A stretch of 64,000 nt of DNA from the human T2T-CHM13v2.0 reference genome, Homo sapiens (GCF_009914755.1 NC_060925.1); one strand, 5' to 3'. Positions 13,565-26,241 are shown, counted from the stretch's first letter. Numbers and translations are program-made. Notes: generated by a model from the sequence alone, not told the origin.

Positions 13565-13720
13565 CCACTTATGAGCTGCGTGATCTTGGCCAAGTTAATC
13601 ATTCAATGCTTCAGTTTTCTCATCTGTAGAATAAGTATGATAACAGTACCTGCCACATTGGAATGTTCTATGGAATAAGTATGTGGAAACCATTTACAAC
13701 ACATTGATCAACAAATAAGA
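13565..13720 (+). mobile_element. MIR SINE
   Basis: tgatcttggccaagtta...tcagttttctcatctgtagaataag. Confidence 0.8.
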
Positions 13721-14401
13721 ATCATCATCATCATCACCACCACCACCACCATCACCATCACTACCATCACCATCATGATCATCACCATCACCACCACCAT
13801 AATTATCACCATCACCATCATCACCACCACCATCATGATCATCACCATCACCACCACCATCATGATCACCACCATCACCATCATCACCACTACCATGATC
13901 ATCATCACCATCACCACCACCACCATCATTATCATCATTATCACCATCATCATCACCACTACCATGATCATCACCACCACCACCAGCATGATCATCACCA
14001 TCACCATCATTACCACTACCATGATCATCACCATCACCACCACCACCATCATTATCATCATTATCACCATCATCATCACCACTACCATGATCATCACCAT
14101 CACCACCACCACCATGATCATCACCATCACCATCATCATCACCACTACCATCATGATCATGACCATCACCACCACCATCATGATCATCACCATCACCACC
14201 ACCATCATGATCATCATCATCACCACCACCGTCATGATCATCATCATCACCATCACCATCATAATCATCACCATCATCACTACTACCATCATGATCATCA
14301 CCATCATCATCACTACTATCATCACCATCATCACCACCACTGTCACTATCATCACCATCATCATCACTATCATTGTCATCACCACCATCATCATCATTAT
14401 T
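13721..14401. repeat. Compound trinucleotide array (CAT/CAC)n, about 680 bp
   Basis: Visible directly. It stays in triplet phase with GAT, TAC and TAT interruptions, and it explains ORF-track entries 13775..14452(+) and 13708..14637(-). Confidence 0.98.
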
Positions 14402-14490
14402 ACAAATGAGAAAACTGAGGCCCAGAAAATGGAAGAGGTTTGTTCAGGGTGACTTAGAGAGTCAGAGGCAGGCCCTGACACTTTTACTTT
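14396..14490 (-). mobile_element. MIR core fragment
   Basis: ttacaaatgagaaaactgaggcccaga. Confidence 0.7.
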
Positions 14491-15461
14491 TCTACCATTC
14501 ACAGAATTTTTAGGAAAAAAAAAAACAAGCTTCCTGTCACAGGTAAGAGACCCAAGATCCTTGATAAAGGAGTAGGGTTCATGGAGGTGGGGCCACCCAA
14601 TGTTTAAGTGAAGGTATTGTCTCTTAAGGCCAATCATTCTGCCTCCTGCCCTGTGGATGCAAACTGTCCTTCAGCTCATACCACCTGCAGCCAAGGACAG
14701 AGGGGAACATTCCAACCCCGATACCCAGGGAGATAAATCAAATGCTCCAGACTCAGTGAAGGATTGAAGCAGGGGCAGTGCACATGTCTGTCATGACTTC
14801 CTTGTTCCAAGAGGATATGGGAAAAAACTCCTAGCTCCCCACCTCAATCCCACAGTGGTCTCCAACAATATTATGATTCTCCAGTTCTACTACTCATGAT
14901 ATATTTTGCCAGCCGCAAATGGGGCCTAAATTACATATTGTAGCCACCAAACTTCCGGCACAGGCCCACAGAACAAGGCCTGAGGGAAATTAGATGAGGC
15001 CAAAGGGAACTCAGGCCTGGAAGAGACTAGAAAACAGAAAGGGATGTATAGTCCATTAGCAGGACCCTTCTCTCTTTTAAGTGTTATATAGGTGAGCGGG
15101 GTTCAACGCTGCAGGCACAGAGAGGCCACAGAAGGTGAAGGAAAGGAGAGCAGAGAGGCCAAGCAAGAGTAAACTCAGGATTAAAGAGTCAAACCACCAC
15201 TGGTTATTTTAGTCCCAGCTCTATCTGTCTCTGGAGTATGGCCATCTACAAACCTTTTCACCTGTCCATCTGTTTTTCTGAAAACTATGGTCCTTTCTGT
15301 CTCAAGTCCTGGACTAAACATAGTGGTGGATAGGGAGGTAGGAAGCAGTGGTAGAAGGCATCTGCTCCAACCTGTCTTCTTTTTGGAAGCACTAGACACT
15401 GGGAAAATGCATCTTTCTCCTCTGCTTTGAGAATAGTGCATACTCCATGACTTTAGCTTAC

Positions 15462-15631
15462 TAACAGCTGGAGGGATCCCAGAGGAATTCTTCTCTCTGG
15501 GATTGAGAATGGGAAATGGAGAAGAGAGATCTCCCACTTTCCTTTTACTGGAATCATGTGTCCCTGTCTAAAATGATGGTGTTGGACTGGATTCAGTTCA
15601 ACTCCAGCAGGAAGCACACAACATTTGAGAC
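15462..15631 (-). other. Candidate internal exon (170 nt), probably non-coding
   Basis: Minus-strand acceptor tgtcttcaccccacag|G at 15632/15631 and donor TTA|gtaagc at 15462/15461, in apparently unique sequence. Motif evidence only. Confidence 0.25.
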
Positions 15632-16699
15632 CTGTGGGGTGAAGACAGTGCACACAGCCGGAGAGAAGGTCTTGGCTGAGAACCAGAGGACTCATTTCTT
15701 CTGGAAGCAGGGATTTGAGATAGTTTCTTGGCAGGAGGAGGATAAGAGGTTGACTTTAATGGGTTCTGAATCTCATACACAGAAAAGTAAGAGTGTGTGC
15801 ATGAGACAGACAGAGACAGAGACAGAGAGGGGCAGACTGACAGAGGGGTGTGAATTAGGAGGAAGAAACAGCTTAGGGAAAGATGAGTGGCATGCAGGAA
15901 AGAGCTTTCCAGGCTAGGGTGCCTGGGATAACGGTGATGAGGAAGAGAACGAGGATCACGGAGACCACATGGTGAGGAGCCTTGAATTCCTAATGCCAAC
16001 CCCCCCACCCCCAGGATTCTGTAATTATCATTAATTAGTAAGTTCCACTTTCGATTAGGGTATGCAGGCAGAAGATGGGATTGAAAGCACAGGCAGAGAG
16101 TTTTGAAAGTTTTTGAGGTCAAAATCCAATAAAAGCCAACATGACAATGAAGAGAAGACATTCAATGAGCAGGCTGGTGCACACAGACCAGGATACCAGG
16201 ATGGATGTTGTGATTTAAGTTAGAGAAGTTCTACTTTTAAATGTTATCATTAAATGATAAGAAGATTTTAAATGATAGTAGTAGTAATACTAAGAATAAA
16301 ATAAGGTAGCAGTGAAGAACACTGATGAGAGCTTACAGTTATGCAGGATTGCCATTTGCCAGGTGCCATGTTCTCTGTTCTGTCTGAGTTCTCTTTTAGT
16401 CCTCTCAACAGCCCTATGAGACAGGGACACTGTAATCCCCTGGACAGAAAAATTACGGGAGCTTGAAGAGGTGGAGTTACTTGTCCTAATTCACCCAGCT
16501 CATGAGAAGCTGGGCTGGGAGTCTAACTCTGATACTAACCACAAGACTATTTCAGTGTCACTGTTACAGACAGGAAAACTGAAGCCTCCAGAGGACAAGT
16601 GACTTACTCAAGGTCACACAAGGAGTCCTCCTTTCCAAGTCCTTCATTCAAACATAAACTCAGAGCTTCCTAGGAACCAGGCTCTGTCTAGCTCAGGCC

Positions 16700-17240
16700 T
16701 CTGGTAACTTCTGGACTATTCCATAGCCTCCTTACTGGCCTTCCTGCCTCTAGCCTCTCCTTTCTAGTCCACCTCCCTCCCACACTGAATCCAGAGTGGT
16801 CCTTCTGAGATCCAAGCAAACCTTGCAGAGCTCCCAATGCCCCAGGAAACACTCTATCATGGAAGGCCCTTCACGATCTGGCTCCAACCGAATTTCCCAG
16901 CCTTCCGTTCCCCACCATCCCTGATGCACCCTTTATTAAGCTTCTCCCTGGCCCTGATCACCATGTGGTTTCCCACAGGGACTCTTGCTTACACCGTCTG
17001 CTCCTGTTTACAGTGCCCTTAGACCCCTTCTCTGTCCTATCCGTAAACTCTGACTCTTCAAGATGCAGCCTTGCTGAACCTCCCCTGGCTCCCAGGTAGA
17101 ATGGATAATGCTTCCAGCACCCAGCACCCTGCAGAATTCTTGTGCAGCAGGATCACTCTCCTTGCTTCACAGGTAGCTGAGTAGTTACCTGTCTCCACCA
17201 TCAGACTGTGAGCATCTCAAAAACAAGTCACTGTGTCCGA
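16700..17240 (+). mobile_element. L2 fragment
   Basis: atagcctccttactggccttcctgcctcta...aaggcccttcacgatctggctcca...tcagactgtgagcatctc. Confidence 0.75.
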
Positions 17241-18177
17241 CGATGGCGATGATGGAATTTGTTGGGGTGTACTATGGACAGGGACTATTATTATATAATA
17301 CTTGAGAAAACTGAGGCGCAGAGACAGAGGAATGGCCCAAGTCCACACGCTCTAGGAAGAATCAAGCTGGAGCTGGTGCAGAAGTCACATGCCTGCCTGC
17401 TGTGTCACTACTGCTTCCTGGAGAGCTCTAGATGTGGCAGATGTGACTACACGTTCCCTCCCATGAACTGAAGATCAGTGGCTGCAGGGCCAGGACCCCA
17501 CAGGCTTCCTGAGCCCCGCTACAGTGCTCTGTCCCCATCTGCCAGGGGGGCTTGCTGGACAGGACCTTGCCATCCAGCTTCGACCTGAGTCATCTCCTAA
17601 AGTCCAATAAAACCCAGGGACAGAGGCAGGATGCAGGAATAAAAATAAGCTTCGGCCAGAGAGAAATAAAGGCAGCAGTGTGGGGGAATCTCGAGAGCAT
17701 GGCAGTCCAGGAATCCGGAGGGGAAAATGCCCATAATGGCGTATTTTCCAGCAGTGAAAAACATTAAGACCCACTTTAGAAATGTAGTTCTCACCACAGC
17801 TATTCCTGGACTCCAGCCCAGAAGAGCAGTAGGGCCATATGAATGACACTCTCCACCCACACTTACCCACTCCCGACTGGCTGGCTGTCTCTGTCCCAAA
17901 ACATCTTGTGCTTCTTCCGTGCAGCCTTCCCAGACTTACCCCTCCTCCTTTCTCTCTGTGGCCAGAGGATGCCAGAGAAGAGCAGCACCTCTGAGACTCT
18001 CACCCTGGCCACTCCTCATCCTAACCAAGGAGAGGAGAGGGGACCTATTCAAGGTCCCAGAACCTCAGTGGTAGAGCCAAGATGAACACCAAGTTCCTTA
18101 GAGTAGAAGTCCCCAAGCTTCCGCTAGCCACACTGTGTCTCATTACCCTCCCCCGCCACCAGACCCCATCCTGATAA

Positions 18178-18331
18178 GCACACACGTGCATGTACACACA
18201 CCCATGCACACACATACACATCTATGTGTACACATGAATATACACACAAACACACTTGTATGCACACACTCGCAGACATACATGTACACACATATACACA
18301 TACTTGCACACACAAACACATAGATGTGTGC
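18178..18331. repeat. Degenerate (CA/TA)n alternating purine-pyrimidine tract
   Basis: Visible directly in the sequence. Confidence 0.9.
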
Positions 18332-18599
18332 CCACTTACCCACAAAAATGCACCTGGTTCAAGAAAAAGTGAACTACATTGAGAACTGGGAAACCTGACT
18401 TCCAATTTACCTGGACACTGCCTAGCTATGTGAACCTGGCTAAGTCATTTCACAGTCTCAGTTCTCCATGTATAAACCAGGCTAGTAATCACCTTGCCTA
18501 CCTCTCCAGGCTGTCTGTTACAAGGTTGAAAGGAGAGGTGTGAGAAGGTACTGATGAGCTACGCTCACTTGCCTCTGTCTCCTTGGAAGCTGATGGCTT

Positions 18600-18830
18600 G
18601 GCAGCTCAGAGGCCCAGCCACTTGGGTTTGAGTCCCTTCTCTGCCACATACTATCTGTGTGACCCTGGGCAAGTAAGTTCACCTCTCTGTGCTTCAGTTT
18701 CCTCATCTGCAAAAAAGGAATAATTATAGAACTTAGCCACCAGGTTTTAGTGTGAGGATTCAATGAATTAACACTTGTGAAGTTCTTGGAACAATGCCTG
18801 GGCTATTATAAGTGCCAATAAATGTTAGTC
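18600..18830 (+). mobile_element. MIR SINE, near full length
   Basis: ctgtgtgaccctgggcaagtaagttcacctctctgtgcttcagtttcctcatctgcaaaa...caataaatgttag. Confidence 0.9.
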
Positions 18831-19519
18831 AATGGAATACCATTGTCAAATTAATACTTATTAACTTAGCTTTGCCTGGTGCAACACAGGAGTTCAGTAA
18901 ATGTTTGTCTAATGAATGACTAAACACTATTGGAAGAGGAGGGTGATGCAATCAGATTTACTCACACCTGGTACTGGGAGTAAATCTGACTGCATTATGG
19001 TCTCTCTGAATTAGGTTCTGCCTTCCTCTTCCTTCTTTTGTTCTCAGACTCCCTGGTTCACCAGGGACACCAAGAGTCCCCAGTACCCCATTCAGGATGT
19101 CACGTTCTCTACCTATGGGTGAGCAAAAGCCTCCTGCCCTCTTTGGAAAATAAGCATGGCAGTTCCTAGGCTCATTGGCCCAGAGCATTTAAGCACTTAA
19201 GAGCAGAGCAGGGCCAGAGCTGGAAGTGGTTGGGACGGGGTGAAGGGGACGATCGGGGAGGCAGTGGCTCCATAGCTGCAGTGTTTATACATTTGCAGTG
19301 TCCTGCTCCAGCAATCAGCAAGCACTACTCCAGACCAAGTAGGGTTCAGGCACTCTGCTGTTCCTCTGCATGACTCAAAGGAGATGTGGCTGCTGCTATG
19401 ATGACACTCTCAGGACATCCCTCACCACCCACCTACTGCCCTCCTGATCAGAAGAAATCTCCCAGATCCCGAGGCTTGGATCAAAATAATGATGACTACT
19501 GCAACAACAATAATGTTAA

Positions 19520-19770
19520 TGACAATAATTTTGCACATTTACCAGGTTCCAGGCAGGCATTACTTTAAACTCTTTATGCATATTAATTTATTTGATGCTT
19601 GTAACAACCTAGGAGGCAGATACTATTATTACACTTATTTTACAGTTGAAGTAACGGAAGCAGAGGAGGCTTAGGAACTTGCTCTACACAGGAAGACTGG
19701 TAGGGGCCTGAGCTGGGATTTGAATGAGGCTGGCAATGTGAGAGCTCATGCTTCTTACTTGCTATACCCA
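19520..19770 (-). mobile_element. MIR SINE
   Basis: acaacctaggaggcagatactattattacacttattttacagttgaagtaacggaagcagag. Confidence 0.75.
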
Positions 19771-19869
19771 AGCATTTACTGATTCGTCATTTCTAAGTAT
19801 TTTAGTTGTTACTGGATTTTTCTTTTCTATTTTGAAAGCCTAAACCCAAACGTACTTGAATCCAAAAGA

Positions 19870-20100
19870 AGAGCACAGGCTTTGAAGTCAGGGAACAGTG
19901 GGTTCAAAGTCCAATCATTTGGTTATTCTGAGCCTTTAGAAAAGTTTCTTCCTCTCTCTGAGCCTTGGTTCCCCAATTTAAAAAAATGGGGATAACACTG
20001 GTTACTCCAGAACGGGGTTCTGAAGATTCAACGAGGACACGCACACGCAATCCCCACTCAAGGACATGGCACATGACTAGTGTTTAATCCATGTTAGGGT
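19870..20100 (+). mobile_element. MIR SINE
   Basis: agcacaggctttgaagtcag...gggttcaaa...ctctctgagccttggttccc...aaatggggataac. Confidence 0.8.
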
Positions 20101-20616
20101 CCTTCCATTTTTGGCACGAAATTTCACATGTGTGTGAAAGATGCCAATGTTCCCCCACAGGTAAACTGTAAAATGTAATTAATATCAAGTTATAAAGTGA
20201 TTATTGAGCTTCTACGTCCCATTATTACAAGTCAATATTGTGCACTTTCAGCCTTCATGGAGAAAGGAGGTTGAAAAAAGCACAAATAATCTCAAACAAA
20301 AAACAAATGCAAGCTCATTTCATTGGTTCTACACCCTAATGCAAGACCTTAGTTCCACAAAGATCACAGAAATCAGAGTCCAATTCTTCATTACAGATGG
20401 GGAAACAGAGGTCCTTAGAAGGACAGGGTCATATATTCAGCTACTGGAAGAGACACCCCCACTCACGCTAGAACTTATTCTCCTGACTCCAGCCTGGTGT
20501 GCTGGCACCACAAGAGGAATGCACATTTGCAACCTCTGCCTCAAAAAAGCAAAACAAAAACACAATGTAGAAAATTTCACTGTCTCTCTCTTTTCCAACT
20601 ATACGTGAGATGCATC

Positions 20617-20622
<6 letters not shown>

Positions 20623-20659
<37 letters not shown>
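20623..20659. repeat. (AC)n microsatellite
   Basis: About 18 perfect units. Confidence 0.97.
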
Positions 20660-20662
<3 letters not shown>

Positions 20663-21257
20663 CACAATGGAAAGAAACATCAGCTGCAATTTATGAGATA
20701 TGCCTTCAAATAGAATTTACTGGAACTCAACCATGAGCATTTACCACACACCTACTGCCTGCCAGGCCCCATGCTTGTTGCTTTACACACATTATGTCTT
20801 CTAATCAATGCTGACAATAGTCATCTGAGATTCAGCCAGACACTCAACTAATCATTTCTGCAACCTAATATATGCTATGCACTGTCATGAGCAATAACCA
20901 GGGCCAGGGGCCATCAAGGGAGGCTTCCCAGACCTGAGGCTTGGCAAAGCCTTAAAGGAGGAAGCTACCTGGGGAATAAAGGATGATGCTGCAGGACACG
21001 GGAGTGCATGAGCCCAGGAATGGAGGGGCCACAGAACATGAAATTCTCAGGGGTGTGGAGAGAGGGAGCAGGGGGAATGGCAGAAGAGTTGGATCCAGCT
21101 AGGTCCTATGAAAAGAGAGCAACCTTGGCACTGAGCTGTGAATGGTGGGAACTCTGGATGGTGGTTCTCAAGAAATATTTGTTGAATGAATAAATAAATG
21201 TATGAATTCAGAGCCAGTGGAGAATGAAGTAAAGACCAATGGGAAAAAAGAAATAAC

Positions 21258-21645
21258 CATTAGGAAGTGTCTCAGGGAACAGAAGCCAAGACAGAGTCAG
21301 AGGTGCAAGCAACTCACTGGGAGTAATGCTTACGAAAGGCAAAGGACAGAAGAAGCACAAGTAGGCAAGGAAAAAGTTGACTGTAGTGCAGGCCAGACAT
21401 GGTGAAAAGAGCAGGTGGAGGAAGGAAGAAGGATCAGGTAGGAAGTGCTGCAGACTGAAGCCCCTCTACACATTTCTCAGCCTGCCCAACAAGAAGCTCC
21501 GGTGCAAAAATTGTCCATACAGGAGTTTGGGCAGAAATGGTCAGGCTTGACTGTTAGCTGGAAGTCTGCCACTTCTCTCTACTCCCTGGCAGCAGACTCT
21601 TCCCGAAGGCAGATGTAAGCAGCTCACGGACATGGCTACCACAGT
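21258..21645 (-). mobile_element. LTR16-family (ERVL) solo LTR, LTR16B-like
   Basis: gaaggaagaaggatcaggtaggaag...cagcctgcccaacaagaagctccggtgcaaaaattgtccat...ttgggcagaaatggtcagg resembles antisense LTR16B as I recall it. Confidence 0.65.
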
Positions 21646-22279
21646 AGAAGATGTGATAAGCAGGCTGATTCCAGAACACCAAGGAGGAAATAGCCAGCTC
21701 TGTCCTGGGCAAACTTCCCGGGAGGGAACATCTCAGAGGAGATTTGGAGGTTGAGAACAAACACTCATTAGATAGAAAAAAGGGGGCTACAATTCTTGGA
21801 GTAGAAAATGAACCCCCAAAGGCACTGATGCGGGGACAAGTCTGAAATGTGCTGCAGGACATGTAGTTCAGTGATTCTGGAGCTTAGGAAGGGCTGGGGA
21901 AGTTGGGGGTGGGTGGGGAACAGATCTCCAAGGGCTGTGTATGCCACGGGACTGATTCAGACTTCACGGCCCAGGCAATGGGGAGCTCTGAAAGAAGGAG
22001 TTGTGTGTGCATTTCTGTTTTAGATCTCTGTAGCAGCACTTGGAGATAGTGAAAGGGCAGGAAGGCAGGGAAGCAATGTTGCCATGTTCCAGGGAGACGA
22101 TGAGCCCCCAGGCACATCTTGGATTGGACATGGATGTAGCCGTAGCTCTGAGCTCTGAAACTAGTCTAAGGGAAAGAGGCTTCAGGAAGGATTTTACCAG
22201 GTCCAACAAACATTTGCATGCTTTCTGCCTGTGTTACAGACCTTAAAGCTTTACTAGCCTGCTCTCAGAGCTTTCATGG

Positions 22280-23660
22280 TTTTCATTATTAAAAAATAAT
22301 TTACATATAATAAATGCACCTTTTTTTGGTGTATGGTTCTGTGAGTTTTGATGAACATGTACAGTCATGTAACCACCCAAATTGAGATATAAAACAGTTC
22401 CAACACTCCAAAGAATTCATGTCCCTCTGTAGTAAACCCTCCCTCCTCCCCAGTCCCTGACAATCACTGATGTTTTCTGTCTCTATAGTTTTTCCTTTTC
22501 CAGAATGTCATATAAATGAATCATTTTTCGGTCTGACTTCTTTTCATTCAGCACCATGCATTTGAGATTCATCAATGTTGGGCCTGTATCAGTAGTTTTT
22601 TTCCTTTTGTTGCTGAGCAGTATTTCATTATTTGGATACACCACAGTGTGTTGTATTGTCTCCCCAGTTTAGGGATATTTGGGTTGTTTAAATTTGGGGT
22701 AGCTACAAAGAAAGCCACTATAAACATTTCTGTGTGAACAGAGGTTTTGATTTCACTTGGTTAAATACCTGCAAGTGGGATTTCTGGATGTGGTAAGTGT
22801 ATGTTTAATGTTATAAAAACTGCAAAACTGATTTCCAGAGTGGTTGTACCATTTTGCATTCCCAGCCACAATGTACAAGATTTGTAATAGCTCCTTAATC
22901 TCATCAACCCTTGCTATTATCGGTTTTAATTGTAGCCACTGGATTAACTGTACTGTAGTACTCCACTGTACTTTTACTTTGCATTTTTCTAATGACTAAA
23001 CATGTTAAGCATCTTTTATTATGGTACTTACTTGCCATTCATATATCTTCTTTTGAGAAGTGTTCAAATCTTTTGCTTATTTAAAAAATTGTATTTGTTT
23101 TCTTATCATTTAGTTTTGAGCATTCTTTATATATTCTAAAGACAAGTTCTTTATCAGATATGTAATTTGCTTTGTCTCTGATCTTAGGGGAAAGTATTTT
23201 ATTTTCACCATTATATATGATATTGCTTGTAGGTTTTTTGTAAATGTTCTTTATCAGATAAAGTTCTCTTCTAGTCCTAGTTTACTGAGAGTTTTTATCA
23301 TGAGCAATATTGAATTTTGTCAAAGGCCTTTTCTGCATCTAATGAGATGATCATATGGGTTTTTCTTCTTTAGTCTACTGATTTAAGAAATTACATTGAT
23401 TGATTTTTGAACATTAAACCAGCCTTGTATTCCCAGGATAATTCCTGGGTCATATTGTATTATCCTTTTTATATTTTGCTGGATTTGAATGACTAATAAT
23501 TTTGTTGAGAGTTTTTGCATCAATTTAATGACACAAGGGGTTTTGGTCTATAGTTCTCTTATAATTTCTTGGCCTTGTTTTGGTATCAGGATAGTCCTGG
23601 CCTTATAAAGCTGGGAAGTGAGTTAGGAAGTGTTCCCTCCTCTACCCTCTCAAAATTTTA
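22280..23660 (-). mobile_element. Old L1M (L1MC/MD/ME-type) 3' end plus ORF2 fragment with an internal deletion near 23170
   Basis: 3' end ttgatgaacatgtacagtcatgtaaccacc...ccagaatgtcatataaatg, then antisense ORF2 (ttttctgcatctaatgagatgatcatatgg). Confidence 0.85.
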
Positions 23661-24619
23661 TATTTTGTCCTTTCACTATTCTTTGTAGTCTTTTTCATCT
23701 GTGTTACTAGTTTTGCTAATTCAGTTTGCTTCAGAGACTCAATTGTGCTACACACAATAGCTCAAGGTGATGAAAAAAGACAAGTAAGACTAGGTTTTTT
23801 TTTTTTCCATATGGAGGTAAAGAGAAATAATAATAATAGGTACCTACCCTTTATTGAGCTCCTGGTCTTTTCCATGCATTTTACTCATATGAACACCAAA
23901 CCTTTGTTGCAACCCTGTTATGCCAGCTTTAAGCATTTTAAGGATGAGAAAGTTTAGGCTTAGAAGAGGGAAGTAGCCTGTCTAAAGTCACATTATTCTC
24001 AAAAGCAAGAGCTGTGGTTTGAAGCCTGGTTCAAAGCTTATGTTCTTCCCACCTTATTTTGTCATCTCTACTAATGCTTATGAACACCTACTAAGTGCCA
24101 TCTATTTTAAATCTTTTATTTCTTGTCACTGTTAATCACTGCAACTTTATGAGATTTGTGCTACTTTCTCCCACGTTAACAGCAAGGAAATTAAGATTCA
24201 GAAAGGCCAAGGACCTCACCCAAGGTTGGTCAACACTGTTAGGCACCAAACACCCAGGAGTGATGGGGCAGGAGGTAATTAGCATAATGGCGTCATTAAC
24301 ACATACAATATATAACTCATACAAAGCAGCTTTGCAGAGTGCCACAACTGAGGCATAAACAGAGAGGCTGAAGGCAAGGAAGAGATTAATTATGACTTGG
24401 GCACTCCTAGAAAGTGTACAGGAAAGAGGTCAAGCAGCCAAGACCAGAAGACATGGTTGGAGGAGTTCGGGCGTCAATTGAGTTAAAAATCTTGGTAAAC
24501 AGCAAAGGATGGCCATGGCCCATAGAGTGAATAAAAGCCAAAACAAGGAGGTCATGCAGCTAGATTTTCCAGTGTCATGACGCTGATGCTGAGCAGAGCT
24601 GACATGCACTAACACAGGA

Positions 24620-24800
24620 ATAGCTCACATCTGCAGAGCACTTGCCTTCCAACACATTATCTCCCGCAGCTCACAGGGTGATTACCCGCACTTTATAGGT
24701 GAGGAAACCGAGGCTCAGAGGGTAAAGCCCTTGCTGGTGACTATACACAACCTATCAGAAGCTCCAGGCCTAGACCTGATTCCTAGTCCAGTACTCCTTA
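24620..24800 (-). mobile_element. MIR SINE
   Basis: actttataggtgaggaaaccgaggctcagag. Confidence 0.75.
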
Positions 24801-25789
24801 AGACAGAAAGTCAAGCACAGAGCAGCCCAGGTGTCATGAATCTGAATGAAGCCAGATAAGTACCCCAAAAGGCTCTGAGACTTTTGGTGACATGGACTCT
24901 TAAATCTGTGGCAACAAAAATTCTGGAATTTGGGGGGCCGTGGGCTTTGGAATCTTGAGGTCAAAAGGTCTGAAATTCTAATGACGCAGGCCGTAAAATC
25001 TTAGGGTCAAAGATTCCAAAATAGTGCTAATAGGCTCTGGGACAGTGGGGATAGAGAGACTTGGGCATGTAGGCAAAGGTGCTGTTATCCTGAGGGCATA
25101 TCCTGAGTGATGGCTTGCCAGGGATGTCCTTTAGGGGGAGCAGACAGACCAGCTAAAGGCCAATAAGCAAAATGGCTTTGCAAAAGGTACAAGGAGTCTA
25201 GTCAAACATTAAACTTCCCAATCAGGCCGGAACTGTCACCCCAGCAAACCTGCTGTGCTTAGAGCACCTGGTGGTAAACACACCTATCTCAGGTTGTTAA
25301 CTTTTTACCTCTTCTTGCCCCTGGAGACAGGAGACAAAAGACAGGAGTTGAGGGTCGAGTACAGCCTTCAGATTTAAACCTCGAATGTCTAGACCTCCCT
25401 ATCTCTTTCCAACCCTTTAGGTTTAAAAAATCAGACCATATTTTCATTTTCAAGAGAATGAGGGAGAGGAAATGCAGCTCCAAGACCTCACCCCAAATTC
25501 TTTTCTTTGCACTTGGTTTATTGAGAAGAATACAAAATTCTTACCCCTCCATAAGCTTCTAAGACCGTCCCAAGTGACAAATAAGATGACCTTTCTCTCT
25601 CCTTAACCTCAGTATTCCTCCTTCAAAATTTCAAGATGTTTCCCTTCCACTTAGTTCCTTACACCCGCCACTTCTGTGCATCTGAATCATCTCTCTCACC
25701 ACCCTCTCGCCAAGCCTCCTCATCACCCCTCTCTCACTTTTAGTCTCCATCTTTCTGTCCCTACATTTCCAGCTCCCATGACTTTGCTA

Positions 25790-26200
25790 AGTTTTTAAAT
25801 TAAATCCTCATGACAAATCTATAAGACTAATACACTGACATTAACCATATTTTATAAATAAGAAAACTGAGGTTCAAGGGGGTTACGTGACTAACATAAG
25901 GGCACACGGGTTGTAAATGTCAGAGCTGAGTTCAAACAATAACTTTAATGCTATTACTAATAATAGTAAAATTGCTAATACATAGTAAGAGTAACTGCAA
26001 TTAATGCTACTATGATGCATGCTGTGGGACAGACACTATTCTAAGCACTTTTAAAATATTAAAGTAATTTTTGAGGGTGATATGGCTATTATTATTCTCA
26101 TTTTACAGATGAGGAAACTGAGGCCCAGAGAGCTGAGTAAATTGCCCAAAGTCTCAAAGTTCTGTTTGACTCTGAAGCCTGTGAAGCCTGGTCACTTCCC
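25790..26200 (-). mobile_element. Two adjacent MIR fragments
   Basis: Two cores: ttttataaataagaaaactgagg and cattttacagatgaggaaactgaggcccagaga. Confidence 0.8.
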
Positions 26201-26241
26201 TGCCCAACTCTATTGGCCTCTCCCATCAGTCCACTCTATGA

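Noticed and set aside
13721-14401. CRISPR-like repeat-spacer array
   Set aside because: There are no unique spacers or cas genes. This is a low-complexity eukaryotic tandem repeat.
13708-14637. 309-aa Met/Val-rich ORF (and the 225-aa Ile/Thr ORF on the other strand) as real genes
   Set aside because: Both are explained by the stop-free triplet repeat. The flanks are MIR-derived and there is no domain structure.
22547-22562. REST/RE1-like ttcagcaccatg
   Set aside because: Only the left half-site is present, and it lies inside an L1M fragment.
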